Shown piece by piece: positions 50,540-61,809 of a stretch of 64,000 nucleotides of DNA. Location: IMG/VR virus record IMGVR_UViG_3300019752_000005, positions 12,626 through 76,625 of that record. The stretch is one strand, 5' to 3'. Made by a program: the position numbers and the translations under genes. Position 1 is the first letter of the stretch, and the number at the start of each line of letters is the position of its first letter. This stretch comes from a virus. Under the pieces are notes generated by a model that was given only the letters and a program-made list of their open reading frames with translations, did not search any database and was not told where the DNA came from.

Positions 50540-51904
50540 TTACACCCTAACTAAGAATAAAGTAGCGAATCCGCTACACTTAAAAACCCCAAATTCGCCA
50601 ATTTTACCAATATAATCACCTTGCACACCACCATAATTAAAAGTGATGGTGGTTACATCGCATTTATCCCCAATAACTATTTTATCTAAAGGAAACCATT
50701 TTAACATTTTACGATAAACGCTAAATACCATTGTGCGGTATTTCTTAAGTAATTCATCACGCTTAATGCGAACAGATAAGTGATAATCAATTTCCCAGTC
50801 ATATTCAAATTTAGGCGGGTTTTGCAATGATTTATTGGAATATTCCAACTCTTTATATAGCTTCTCACACCCTTTGATATCTTGCTGTAAATCTTGGATG
50901 GTATACTTAAGGTGATATTTATTGCTGTCCTTATTTAGTACATTAAGAACAGCGTTATCTATGCCCCCTTTGATATCTACATCCACACCCCATTTAGCAG
51001 CTTTTCTAGGAAAACTATGTGGTGCTAAATCATCTGTCTCAGGAACTTTTAACATCAGTTTTTCTTTGCGAGATTTAAAATAATCTATAATAGATTTAAT
51101 CTCTTTCAATAACCCTTCCATCTCACGCTGTCTAACAATATTGGTATCACATCGATCTTCAACAGATGTTTTTAACAAACTATCTCTCCAATCATCAGCC
51201 ATTTTAACCTCTAAACGAATACTTTTACCACTATTTAGCTCATGATTAACCCACTTCTTTCTATCCTCTTCCACATCCTTCATGGCTTGACGTGCAGCTT
51301 TTGAAACACCATTTTCTTTACCAGCTACAGGCACCTTAATACAACATTGATAGCACCAACTGTGCGGATTAGGAATCCACTTCGATCCCTTTAAATCATC
51401 AATAAATTCTTGACGTATTCGATTATTGCTCTTTTGGCAATTCACCAACTTTTCACGCAACGATTTAGCGTCACTTATTTGATTGTGAATACTCAAGAAT
51501 TTAGAACAACCAACTATACTATCACCTTTATAGTTGAGCGATGATAACTCCATGTATAACCGATTAATCTCGTGACCTATGCTCTTAATATCTTGCTCAT
51601 TAGCGGTAAGTTTGCGGTATTTTTTAGTGGAATTACCTTTTTTATATTTATCGATCATCTTGCGTTTTTTCTTTAATGCAACAATTTCACGCAGCACATT
51701 CTCTATACGTTCTTTCCAGCTATCAGGCACTTTATCAGGTGACCAAATACCAAAACGATTTTCCATAAACGTGATACTTCCCCAGTACCCGTTATATTGA
51801 AAAGAGCCACGGATTAATTTAATAAAACGTTCTTGGCAATCATTGATTCTTTTATCTAGGCGAGCTAGTTTTTCTTGTTTAGAATATTTGTGTTTTTTAG
51901 TCAT
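50540..51904 (-). CDS. basic coiled-coil hypothetical protein
   Basis: 454-aa Lys-rich ORF. Confidence 0.65.
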   Translation of the reverse strand: MTKKHKYSKQEKLARLDKRINDCQERFIKLIRGSFQYNGYWGSITFMENRFGIWSPDKVPDSWKERIENVLREIVALKKKRKMIDKYKKGNSTKKYRKLTANEQDIKSIGHEINRLYMELSSLNYKGDSIVGCSKFLSIHNQISDAKSLREKLVNCQKSNNRIRQEFIDDLKGSKWIPNPHSWCYQCCIKVPVAGKENGVSKAARQAMKDVEEDRKKWVNHELNSGKSIRLEVKMADDWRDSLLKTSVEDRCDTNIVRQREMEGLLKEIKSIIDYFKSRKEKLMLKVPETDDLAPHSFPRKAAKWGVDVDIKGGIDNAVLNVLNKDSNKYHLKYTIQDLQQDIKGCEKLYKELEYSNKSLQNPPKFEYDWEIDYHLSVRIKRDELLKKYRTMVFSVYRKMLKWFPLDKIVIGDKCDVTTITFNYGGVQGDYIGKIGEFGVFKCSGFATLFLVRV

Positions 51905-53968
51905 TTTGTTTTTCCTTGTTTATTTCCCAATTAATAACAACGTTCGCTTCTTTAAAATCACTGGCTGGTTTTAATTCATTCCCTAACCAACTACCTATTA
52001 TGTTAGGGTCTGTTGGTAAATACATATTTAACACGCCACCAACTCCAACACCGTGATTTTTAATGGTAGCTTCAACTTTACCCCTTGAACACACATCTAA
52101 CACATTTTCTAACGATACTGGATTATTAGAAAATAGGTTGAGAGGTAAATCCTGATTTTTGTATCTCAGAATATTACTAGTCACTCTTGTTTTTCTTCTT
52201 CTCTTTTAAATACTCAATTGCTGACATGATACCCTGTAAATCATGACCCATTAAAATATGAGAACCACCACACCAATCTTTATCTGTAATGGTTATTGCA
52301 ACCCTGTTATGTATTACAGCCCCGTAGGTATATCTAACGCCAACACCAGCTTTTTCACTAAGCTTGTTTAATTTACTCATAGCCTTTAAGTATGGGCATA
52401 ACAAGCAATCTAGATACTCATCACTCGCACATCTAATAATAAAACTACCGTAGTTCTCATCAGATATATCATCCGCCTGTAAATTTAAAATCATCTCATT
52501 ATCATTATAACCACCGAAACTGTACACTGCCTTTAAATCCAGCTCACCTAATAATTTTTCAACCTTCTCGCTAAATCTCATATTTTATATTCCAAAATTA
52601 AAAAAACGCAACACAAAATTATGTTACGCTTTAATTATAACATATATAAATTTATTCACATATTTCAGATTTTTTACAAAACCATATATACCTAATATTG
52701 ATTGTGTTTTTTAGCTCACCACTACCAATCATCGTCACCATCTAAATCCTTGAGTAAATCTGATATTGATTTATGGTCGCTAGTCCAGTGGCTTGTTTCC
52801 ACATCATCACCTACAGGCTTCTTATTAATAGTTTGTTCATTAATTGGTGTAGTATTATTGGGTGTACGCACACCATCCTTTAAGCTTACATTAAAGCCGT
52901 CGTTAATTAAATCACTAAGCATTAAGTTACCATCTATTGAATAATCAATATCAAACCAGTTTCCAGTACGCTCGACCTCCCTAGCTTTACGCATTAATAT
53001 AGGGATATCATCCTCAGCTATGCTATACACAATACCCATCGTGGCGTAATCGTAATAAGAAACCCCCTCAAGCAGTTGAATAACGCAACTTTTGCCTAGC
53101 ATACCCCTATTTAGTAATCTCTTTATTAGCTTAACGCCTTTCAAGGTTTGATTAAAAAGACGTGCAGCATGATAACCGTCACTATTATTTAACACTTCAT
53201 AAGGAATATCCTGAAAATCAAATCCATTATTCCAAGACAAAACAAGTTCCAGTAAATACAATATATCATGTTGCGGCGTTTTAGGCATGAAACTGTGTTG
53301 AAGCAAATATTGATACTTGGCTAGGCATTCAATTAGAATATCTTTAGCTTCCTCGTCATTTCTTTTATCACCCCAACCCGCTTTACTAATAATGTCTAAA
53401 ATTGATTTTTCTGTGTTACTGTTCACTATAATAAATCTCCAAATAAAAAAGCGCGTACAATACGCGCTTTGTGTTTAATTATAGCAGGGATTTGCTATAC
53501 AATTTTCATCTCCTCAATCAACCCACCTAACTCTTTACTACTAAAAAACACGCCTTCACCTAATATAGCGAACTGGTCACTACGTTCCTTAGCTTTGTCT
53601 AGGTTAGATGATAAATACTCAGCTAAAAAACCTTTCCATCTCACATCAGAATAATTAATCCATTCATTTTTACTATCATCATAATAGAACCAACCAATAA
53701 GCATATACACAAAGGTAATAGCACCATATTCATCATTAGCCAAGCTAATTAGATTTTCCAAATCATCTAGGTAATCCTTAACTTGCGATATAGCTTTATC
53801 AGGTTCGCTATAATCAATATCCACTGAGAAGGCTAACCAATCATGTGGTTTTGAAACTAAAGAAATTTGATGATCTACATCAGTGTATCTTTTAAACTCA
53901 ACACCATTAAACCCTAAATCTTCAGCTTGAAAATAAATTTCAGCAAAGTCTTTTAAGCCATACATCAC
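51897..53968 (-). other. accessory CDSs 51897-52184, 52177-52581, 52722-53426, 53495-53968
   Basis: ORFs with RBSs; 52177 and 53495 belong to the 55-56 kb paralog family. Confidence 0.6.
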
Positions 53969-54492
53969 TTATTATCCCCCAAATAATAACAAACACTACT
54001 ATCAATTATCTCGCAATCAGCAATATATCCATCTAACTTATCCCAATAAACACCATATTGATTAACCTTGCATTTTTCCACTAAGCCATCATGCAACTCA
54101 AACCCTCTGACTTTCCCACCTTTTATAGGTGTGCAGGATTTTAAATGAGGATGGTTTTCCAAGATTAAATTTTTATTCTCGAAATCTTTAGATAACATCA
54201 CACGTAAATTAATGTTATCTAACACATGACTACTATTTGTTAAAAGTATAACAATCTTACCCTCCTTAACTTGACGAGAAATAAGCTCGTTTGAAGAGCA
54301 ATGTCTTGATGGATGCTTGAACGCTTCAGGTGTATCAATTATCAACACATCTTCATTATCTGTACGAATCATTTCAACGTCTTCATAATTCTCATAGGAA
54401 AGTATGTAGAGATGACCGCGCTTTAGCTTTGTTATGTATTGTTTAATTGCCGATGTTTCTAATGATAAAATGTTGTTTTCAATTATTAGCAT
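53965..54492 (-). CDS. degenerate C-terminal half of an AAA_15/AAA_21-type ABC ATPase (copy 2)
   Basis: LIIDTPEAFKHP...VILLTNSSHVL.NINLRVML; no Walker A. Confidence 0.65.
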   Translation of the reverse strand: MLIIENNILSLETSAIKQYITKLKRGHLYILSYENYEDVEMIRTDNEDVLIIDTPEAFKHPSRHCSSNELISRQVKEGKIVILLTNSSHVLDNINLRVMLSKDFENKNLILENHPHLKSCTPIKGGKVRGFELHDGLVEKCKVNQYGVYWDKLDGYIADCEIIDSSVCYYLGDNK

Positions 54493-55021
54493 TTTTCTTC
54501 CATTTAACTGTTTCTCTTAGGGTATCATAAAGCTCATCACCGATACTATTGGTTGTAGCAATAAATTCATCAATAAACTTATTGTTACAACCGTACTTAT
54601 CAACCTTAATCTCTTCTATGTTATCACCAACAAGGTTAAACGCTCTCACTTTTTTGTGATTGATTCCAGTGTTTTGCTGATAATACTCTGCTGCTGGCGG
54701 TAGATCAATGCATGTTGGGTCTAAATTGTTAAGCATGATTCTGAAGTTAATATCCTGCAACACCCAATCACTCCCAGTTAGAAGCAGGATGGATTCACCT
54801 TTTTTTAATAATTTTGCGATGGATTCGTTTTTATCGCAATGATGCTGCGGGTTATTGTAGGTTTCTGGTGAATCAATTATAACTATGTGATCTTGAACAC
54901 GAATCCAATCATAATCTGCATCTTTACGAATATCATAAAAAACTATATAAAGAAAATATTTTTTAACCTTAAAAAGCTTCTTCTGATTAAAGTACATTGT
55001 TTTCTTGTTAATTGTTAGCAC
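54479..55021 (-). CDS. degenerate C-terminal half of an AAA_15/AAA_21-type ABC ATPase (copy 1)
   Basis: VIIDSPETYNNP...ILLLTGSDWVL.DINFRIML...VDKYG....ID; no Walker A. Confidence 0.65.
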   Translation of the reverse strand: MLTINKKTMYFNQKKLFKVKKYFLYIVFYDIRKDADYDWIRVQDHIVIIDSPETYNNPQHHCDKNESIAKLLKKGESILLLTGSDWVLQDINFRIMLNNLDPTCIDLPPAAEYYQQNTGINHKKVRAFNLVGDNIEEIKVDKYGCNNKFIDEFIATTNSIGDELYDTLRETVKWKKNANN

Positions 55022-56523
55022 ATTATTCTCCTATCTCGCTTGTTATCTAAAGCTTGCTTTACATGGTCATGTATTTCAGATTGATCTAGTTCTGGTTCAA
55101 GTAGAGTTGAGCCATCCTTATCAGTTATGATTGGGTATCCATATCTAAAAGTGAACCCTAAATCATGTCTTGCGCACTCACTATTGTATTTAATACATAA
55201 GTCAAGCCAATCACCAGCTAGTTCAATACAAGCTTGTGTATGTTTTTCATTAAAGACTACAAAGTAGTCTGATTCCCCGCTCTCATTTGATCCCAAACAA
55301 ATGCAAATGCTATCTTTGTGTAGGTTAAAGTCAACAATATTTATACCTATCAGTTGACCCTTGAATAATAATTGATCTAACTTATCCATTTAATACAACC
55401 TTTTAATATCCTTAATCCAACTAATAAAATCTTTTTCATATTCACCCAACATATCAGCCCCTTCATATTGAAAATCTCGATTATCAAAAGAATTGATCGC
55501 GCTAACTTGGATGTAAAAGCCACTATTGTAATGGAAGTGGATTTCAAAGCCTAACTCTTTTAATTTTTGCTCTAACAGCCAAACCTTATTACTCCATACC
55601 GTTACATTATTCCTAGCCCCCAATTCACTATAGCTCTCGAAACAATCTGGAGATAGTTGATGCACAGCCTCCCCATAACTACCATTACCTTCGATAATAG
55701 GGGTGATGATGTGTTTATTACCCTTAACTTGATAATAAACACCATCAAAACCTAGTTTATTTAAATACTCAATATTCATATCAATTACCTACCTCACTAT
55801 AAACCACATGCTCGCACGAATTCTCACTGCCAAACATAAAGTAAGAAACAAATCCAATCATGCTAATTATAGCAACTATTGAAAACAGCGTATTCTTATC
55901 CATTATATATTACTCAATATAAAACCCAGATTAAGTTATTTATGGTTACTTATTATAATCTTGAACTGAGATACCACTCTCAGCACGACTATCCCATAAG
56001 TTCAAGTGATCAGATAACTTTTCCTTCACGAAATCTAGCGTACCAGTAACTCTCATGCGCATATCTATTGTACCATCATCACATAGAAATAAAAGTGTTG
56101 CTTGTAAACTTACACCGTTGTCGTGGAAAGAAATATCTGCACCGTGTGTGCCTGTTCGTCTTATTAGGCTTTCCATGCACTAACCTCCTTAATAAACTTA
56201 CCCACCATAGCTTTTACCTCATCAAAATCCAAAGTTAAATCACGGATAATTAATTCTTTATCAGAATTTGAATCATAAATAAAAACACCATCATTATCAA
56301 TTGAAAATGAGATTAAATTTACATCACATGTGTTTTTTATCACCATCCATTTGTCAACCCATTCCTGTGTGTTTTTAACAACATCTTCATATTCACCATT
56401 GAATTGTATTACTGGAATCTTATCACTGTAAAATGTGTAGATATAAGCAATGAATTTTTGTTGATCAGGGTGAAATTGTGGGGTCAATTCAAGTTTTGCT
56501 AAATCTCTTAACAGTTGTTTCAT
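55015..56523 (-). other. paralogous ~120-aa accessory CDSs (55015-55389, 55390-55779, 55946-56176, 56164-56523) plus a 40-aa TM peptide at 55781-55903
   Basis: Shared helix-strand layout. Peptide MDKNTLFSIVAIISMIGFVSYFMFG... translated by hand. Confidence 0.55.
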
Positions 56524-56585
56524 CTTTTATTTTTCCTTTTAATTTTATTAAAATTGGAGGGTAATCCCTCCAATCACACTAATAC

Positions 56586-57713
56586 TTAAGTGTTAAAGCT
56601 ACCCGTAACAGAACCATTTACTGTCACCGCACCACCATTGCTATTAAGATGTTTAACATTCCCATTCACTGTGGTGCCACATCCTACAGCAGATAGTTTA
56701 TCTACCTTTGCGTGAATCTTAATATTCACTGTACCACCTTCATTAGAGATGGTGCCAATCTTAACACCGTTAACCATAAGATTACCTTCATCAAGGCTGA
56801 CCTGTAAATCCAGCTTTTTTTGTGTGGCAGCCTGATTAATCTTAACTTCAACTTCTTGGTTGTTCTGATTAAAAATTGAGGTACCACCTACATTAACTCG
56901 TGTGGTAACCTTTGGGTTTTCCTGACTGAAAATCATATTATTTTCCTTCTCTTGATTGTTGTTTGTGTTATTTACGTACTCAATAATTTTATCTGGATTA
57001 TCACTTACAATACGTAAAATCTTGATAGAGGAATTATAAATATCCTTATAGGTATCAATATCTACCGTATCGCAAACACCAAATAAAACTAGTAACATCT
57101 CTTGACTACGACTATCTATAAACTTATGGAAAGATTCTAGTAGTACGATACAGTGAGTTGTAGGTAATTTATCGTTAATCAGTTTGATCATCTCTTCATA
57201 CAGACTAGCTGCTTCCACCTGCTTTTCTTTACTCAGCTTCTCGTGGTTGGATACAAACATCTGCATAACAACACCAACAAGGCTAATTTTTCCTTGCTTT
57301 GTTAGTGGTGCTTGTTCCTTGTTGCAGGTGCTAGTGTGCTGAACGACATTAACAGTGCTTCCATTATGAACACTTACATTACCACTATTCATAGCAACAC
57401 TACTATCAACATCTACAGGCTGAACGCCTAGTTCACGTAATAATGACTTGGAAATTATTAGTGAATCAAAATCATCATCAATTGAAATCATTACCAATAA
57501 ATCAGACAGTTTAACAATGTTTTCAGCAGAAAGGTCTTTTTCAACAAGCTTAAAGCTTTTTTCTAGCAAGCTGTGTAATTCGTGTTTTGTTGCTGTAATA
57601 AAACAAGCTTGTTTTAAGCCCTTGTACTTGTTTACAGTTGATTCTGGTAAGTCTTGATTTTTCAATTTTGATAAATAAGCTACCACTGAATGTGCTACCC
57701 AACTATTTTTCAT
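56586..57713 (-). CDS. hypothetical protein with C-terminal V.G.V beta-repeat
   Basis: VNGNVKHL...GGAVTVNGSVTG. Confidence 0.6.
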   Translation of the reverse strand: MKNSWVAHSVVAYLSKLKNQDLPESTVNKYKGLKQACFITATKHELHSLLEKSFKLVEKDLSAENIVKLSDLLVMISIDDDFDSLIISKSLLRELGVQPVDVDSSVAMNSGNVSVHNGSTVNVVQHTSTCNKEQAPLTKQGKISLVGVVMQMFVSNHEKLSKEKQVEAASLYEEMIKLINDKLPTTHCIVLLESFHKFIDSRSQEMLLVLFGVCDTVDIDTYKDIYNSSIKILRIVSDNPDKIIEYVNNTNNNQEKENNMIFSQENPKVTTRVNVGGTSIFNQNNQEVEVKINQAATQKKLDLQVSLDEGNLMVNGVKIGTISNEGGTVNIKIHAKVDKLSAVGCGTTVNGNVKHLNSNGGAVTVNGSVTGSFNT

Positions 57714-57763
57714 GCTACTACCTTATATTAGTGTTTTACTGTTACATGTGAATTTATCAAATT

Positions 57764-58626
57764 CTAACTTTTTTCTTTATAAAAGTCTACAGCAGAATAA
57801 TTATCCCAAAATCGAGATGGAATAATATTTGATTTTTTCTTGAAATGATTTAATATCGCATCACTAAACTTATCTACAGCAACTCTAGTGATGTATAGAG
57901 ATTTAATGGTCATGGAGAAACCTAAGCTTTCCACATCACTATTTGTTTCAATATCAACAACCTTTATATTCATTTTTATCGAATGCGAAGTGCCAATAAT
58001 GGAAATAGTGTATTTTGTGAACTCATCACTTAAACTAGCCTTATAGTTAAAGCGATTATCAATTGAGAAATCAATGCAAGGTTCTTTTTTTAGCTCACGC
58101 CATCCTTTATTAAAGTAGTTTACTGCATATTCTAGTGAACCCATTAAAAGCTGTTTATCTTGTTCTGATAATTTACTCATTGTTCACCTCTAAAGATAGA
58201 CCCGTCCCAGTCGCTTAAAAAATCAATAAGCTCTTGTTCTGTGTCAATATCTTGAATATTAATTGCGTGCCATGCTGTTTTGAACTTCTCCTTAACCTTC
58301 TCGTTTAGCAGCTCATGCCAGCGAATTTCTTCAAAAATATTATAACCATACTTACATTTAAAAGAGATATGCTTAACAGGCTTAGCCTTACTCTCATTTG
58401 CATCCAATGCAAAATCTAAGTTAACAACATACATTCCTTGCGCCATGCTTACCGTTACGTCAGAAAACAATCTGCCATAATCGGCGTAAACTTTGTGTTT
58501 TGATTCGTCAATTTCATTAATGTCTAGTTGATGTGATTCTGGCTTAATGTGTTGGTATAGGCTTTGCACGCATTCACTTAGATTGCTTTGGATTAACTGT
58601 AGTTGCTGCTGTGTTGGTTTTTTCAT
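57764..58626 (-). other. tandem paralog pair (57764-58180, 58177-58626)
   Basis: MSKLSEQDKQLLMGSL..AV versus MKKPTQQQLQLIQSNL..CV. Confidence 0.6.
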
Positions 58627-58804
58627 TATAATACCCCTTTCCTTGCGTCCATCATAAGCGATTCGCCACTTACATAATAATATATTAAATTAACCAGATT
58701 ATTAAGCACTATAACCTTGGTATTACGTTGTGCGTTATGTAACTTCATTATCTCAGCGTGTAATTCTTGTAAGTTCAAAATTTGTTATCCCTTATGTTTG
58801 TTTT

Positions 58805-60061
58805 TTATCTTAGATTAATATATTGCTGCACATCTAATCGAGTGCAATACTCAAACCCTTTACCACCTATATTAAAGGTGCCTACAACTAAACACTTTTC
58901 TTCGTTAAACATGGATGTACTCTGGTACGTTCTAAAGCATTTATCAACCTTATCAAAACACAACCAACAACTATCCTCACCCACTAGACTCTCATTTAGA
59001 GAGATAGCGCACTCCATATTCTCGTCCGTTACACTATTAAGCTTAGCCAAAGTTTTGACGGCTGCCTCATATTCAGATTTAATACCATAATACTTATCTT
59101 TCATGGCGTTTTCCGCCATCTTCATCATATGAAGTTGTTTCTCAGGTGAGTGGGGTGTTTGATTATCAACAACTAAATGAACACGGTCACCACTATCTAA
59201 CCACTCTACAACCTGATTAAACTCACTGTCTGAATTTTTAGTTGCACTTGATAGTGTATAGATTTCACTACAAGTTACCTCGCTTACCTTAAAATCACCT
59301 ACACTTCCTTTATATAAGGCGAGCTGTTCCTTTGTTCTTAAGTTAGTGAACTTGTATGTTGCTCTATCACTTATTTTACCAATATCACCAAAATGCTCTT
59401 GTGCACGACTGGCTGAGCGTTTAAAGTTATGTTGCTCGAAATAGTGTTGTTGAACTAAGCCTGCAAAGATATAAGTTTTATCAACAACAGTAAAAATAAC
59501 ACCTAAATTCATTGCGGCGACTCTAGCTTTCTTGATTTTCTCTTGTTGACGCAATTTCCATTCATGCTCACGATTTAATTCTTCAATATAGGAATTACGA
59601 CGCTGCATTAAAATTTCATTAACCAGATCATCAAAGAAGTCGATATTATTTTCTGGGTCGCTTATCTGTTTTGTGCAATCATTAAATGCACCGTTAACAA
59701 CAAACATTTTAGAAAATGGAGCGTTAAATTCTGGCTTGTAATAAGCTGAAATGTCGTGAGATTTTATGTAGTTAATAACTACGTTTTTAAGAATACTACG
59801 CTCTTCTTCCTCATCAATAATGATACGTGCGTGATAAGAGTTATCATCATTCTTATCTTCAGCATAAACACCATGCTGCAAGCAAAATGACAACTCAACA
59901 ACAGAACCATCTTTCTCTAAACTCACTTTTACTGTTTCTTCATCCTGAGACAACACTGTACCAGTAAACCATGAACATTCATTATCACAAACATCAACTT
60001 GCTCGTTAATATTGAAGTGAGCGAAAGGTTTAAAGTTTTTGTAAAGTTTGCGTAAGCTCAT
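58805..60061 (-). CDS. early accessory protein with N-terminal SH3/Tudor-like barrel
   Basis: FNINEQVDV....WFTGTVL.....VKV; strong upstream promoter. Confidence 0.65.
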   Translation of the reverse strand: MSLRKLYKNFKPFAHFNINEQVDVCDNECSWFTGTVLSQDEETVKVSLEKDGSVVELSFCLQHGVYAEDKNDDNSYHARIIIDEEEERSILKNVVINYIKSHDISAYYKPEFNAPFSKMFVVNGAFNDCTKQISDPENNIDFFDDLVNEILMQRRNSYIEELNREHEWKLRQQEKIKKARVAAMNLGVIFTVVDKTYIFAGLVQQHYFEQHNFKRSASRAQEHFGDIGKISDRATYKFTNLRTKEQLALYKGSVGDFKVSEVTCSEIYTLSSATKNSDSEFNQVVEWLDSGDRVHLVVDNQTPHSPEKQLHMMKMAENAMKDKYYGIKSEYEAAVKTLAKLNSVTDENMECAISLNESLVGEDSCWLCFDKVDKCFRTYQSTSMFNEEKCLVVGTFNIGGKGFEYCTRLDVQQYINLR

Positions 60062-60100
60062 GACTATTAATTCCTGTGTTGTTTTGCTATGTTGGATAGA

Positions 60101-60129
60101 ATTATATGGTAGTGTGAGGTAGATGTCAA
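60101..60129 (-). promoter_or_regulatory. consensus sigma70 promoter
   Basis: TTGACA-17-TATAAT. Confidence 0.9.
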
Positions 60130-60160
60130 TAGTTATTTTAAACTTTTTTTCAAAATAAAT

Positions 60161-60185
60161 AAAAAAGCCGCTGGTTAGGCGGCTT
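60161..60185 (-). terminator. Rho-independent terminator
   Basis: AAGCCGC..GCGGCTT stem with an A run on the + strand. Confidence 0.8.
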
Positions 60186-60199
60186 GATTTTAGGTTTAA

Positions 60200-60886
60200 C
60201 TATCTCTTTTTAGAAAAATAATTAATATCATCATTAATGTTATTAATCTCCTTTTTAGCTTCGAGTTTAGCTAAATCTAGCACTGCATGACAAACCCCCT
60301 CACTACAGCTACCAACATTTAAATCACTATCACCTACATGAATAGTTATGGAGCTAACACCAAAATCATAGGAACGGATAATATTAGCAAGATTCTCTCT
60401 CGCGTCAAATAATTTAGTCTTTAAAGCAACCAATTGTTCCTTGTATGACTTTGGTATACGGTAATCTAGGCGATCGGATAATTCGCAGTAAACAAGCTTA
60501 TTGTCAATCTTAATCATTTTATCTATATCCCACATAAATTTGTGTGGGTGGTTATTTTCAAAAATAAGATTATCGACAACCAGCATTGGTTCGTTAAATC
60601 CATATAGGTGGCTGGTATCAACGTTAAACTTAATAAAGTCGCGTAAATCTTCGTAGCAAGTGTGAATAACTTGCTTTTCACCATTATCAAGAGTAAAAAA
60701 CTCATATTTTGGTAACTCAATTTCACCGTACCAACCATCATTTAAACTTAGCAGCTCTAATACATCACTAGTGTATAAGAACGGCTTGCCGTTTAAATAA
60801 AAATATTCACTATCATCTTCCTGCTGAAAATAAACCAGTGCTTTTGCAGATAGTCGTAGTAATTCTTGCTTTTTTTCGTAATTCAT
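60200..60886 (-). CDS. hypothetical protein
   Basis: AGGA RBS. Confidence 0.6.
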   Translation of the reverse strand: MNYEKKQELLRLSAKALVYFQQEDDSEYFYLNGKPFLYTSDVLELLSLNDGWYGEIELPKYEFFTLDNGEKQVIHTCYEDLRDFIKFNVDTSHLYGFNEPMLVVDNLIFENNHPHKFMWDIDKMIKIDNKLVYCELSDRLDYRIPKSYKEQLVALKTKLFDARENLANIIRSYDFGVSSITIHVGDSDLNVGSCSEGVCHAVLDLAKLEAKKEINNINDDINYFSKKR

Positions 60887-60961
60887 ATTTATTCCTATCT
60901 GGCAGAATACAACTTATATCCTACCATATCTAATTAATATTTAGCTTGTTTCGATTAACAT

Positions 60962-61789
60962 TTATTCACCTTCATCAACGTGACGACCAATCAGAATATT
61001 AACTTCTTCACTATAGTAGCCGTTAGACTCTCCAAGCCAACGCATCCATAGTTCGCCACGGTTAGTTTGGATTTTATAAAAAGTCCACGTTTGACTTTCG
61101 CACTTATCATCATCGCTCTTATGGTTGCTGGAGACTAACTCAGCACTAAGCACTTCAGCACCTACAAATAATTCTGCGTCACCCTCAAAGTCAACAAGAT
61201 TTACATCTTCACAACAATCTTGCTCATGATAAACTTTTACGGCAAACCCATCATCTGTGTGAAAAATAACCTCTTCACTATATTTCTCCAGCCCTTCAAT
61301 CTTAATCAGCTTTTTACCGTTAAGGAATGTTATATCATTAACTGGATATTTACTGTTAAAGTAGGTATCGAAACTGGCGACTAACACTTTGTTATCACAG
61401 GATGCTGAATTATTAAGTGCATCAAGTCTTAATAAAACATCTTTCGTGGTGTGCTCGTCAAATGGAATCTGTGCTTTATCAAAGCTTGGTATATTAAATA
61501 AGTCCCAGTGTTTGATTTCATAATGATTGGAGATTTGACCTGTAGGTAATTCAGCTACCACAATAAACCAGCCGCCACCGAAACATTCCTCACCATCGTA
61601 ATGGCAGGTTGACTTATGCACGTTGTGCTTACCACCTTCAGCCCACTCATTAAATAAGGCTGCGTTATATTGCATTCTCATATCGTAAAGCTCGTCGAAT
61701 GTATGGTATCCATCAGAGATACCACCAGTATTTAAGCCTTTATCGTTGAACTGGGATATTATTTTGTTTGTTTTATCTATTAAACTCAT
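60962..61789 (-). CDS. fusion of two conserved phage domains (SDGYHTFxELY domain plus HxQDCCE...SNGYYS domain)
   Basis: ISDGYHTFDELY...LPTGQISNHY...WDLF; HEQDCCE...WTFY...WLGESNGYYSE. Confidence 0.75.
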   Translation of the reverse strand: MSLIDKTNKIISQFNDKGLNTGGISDGYHTFDELYDMRMQYNAALFNEWAEGGKHNVHKSTCHYDGEECFGGGWFIVVAELPTGQISNHYEIKHWDLFNIPSFDKAQIPFDEHTTKDVLLRLDALNNSASCDNKVLVASFDTYFNSKYPVNDITFLNGKKLIKIEGLEKYSEEVIFHTDDGFAVKVYHEQDCCEDVNLVDFEGDAELFVGAEVLSAELVSSNHKSDDDKCESQTWTFYKIQTNRGELWMRWLGESNGYYSEEVNILIGRHVDEGE

Positions 61790-61809
61790 ATTGTTATTCC
61801 TTCTGATTA

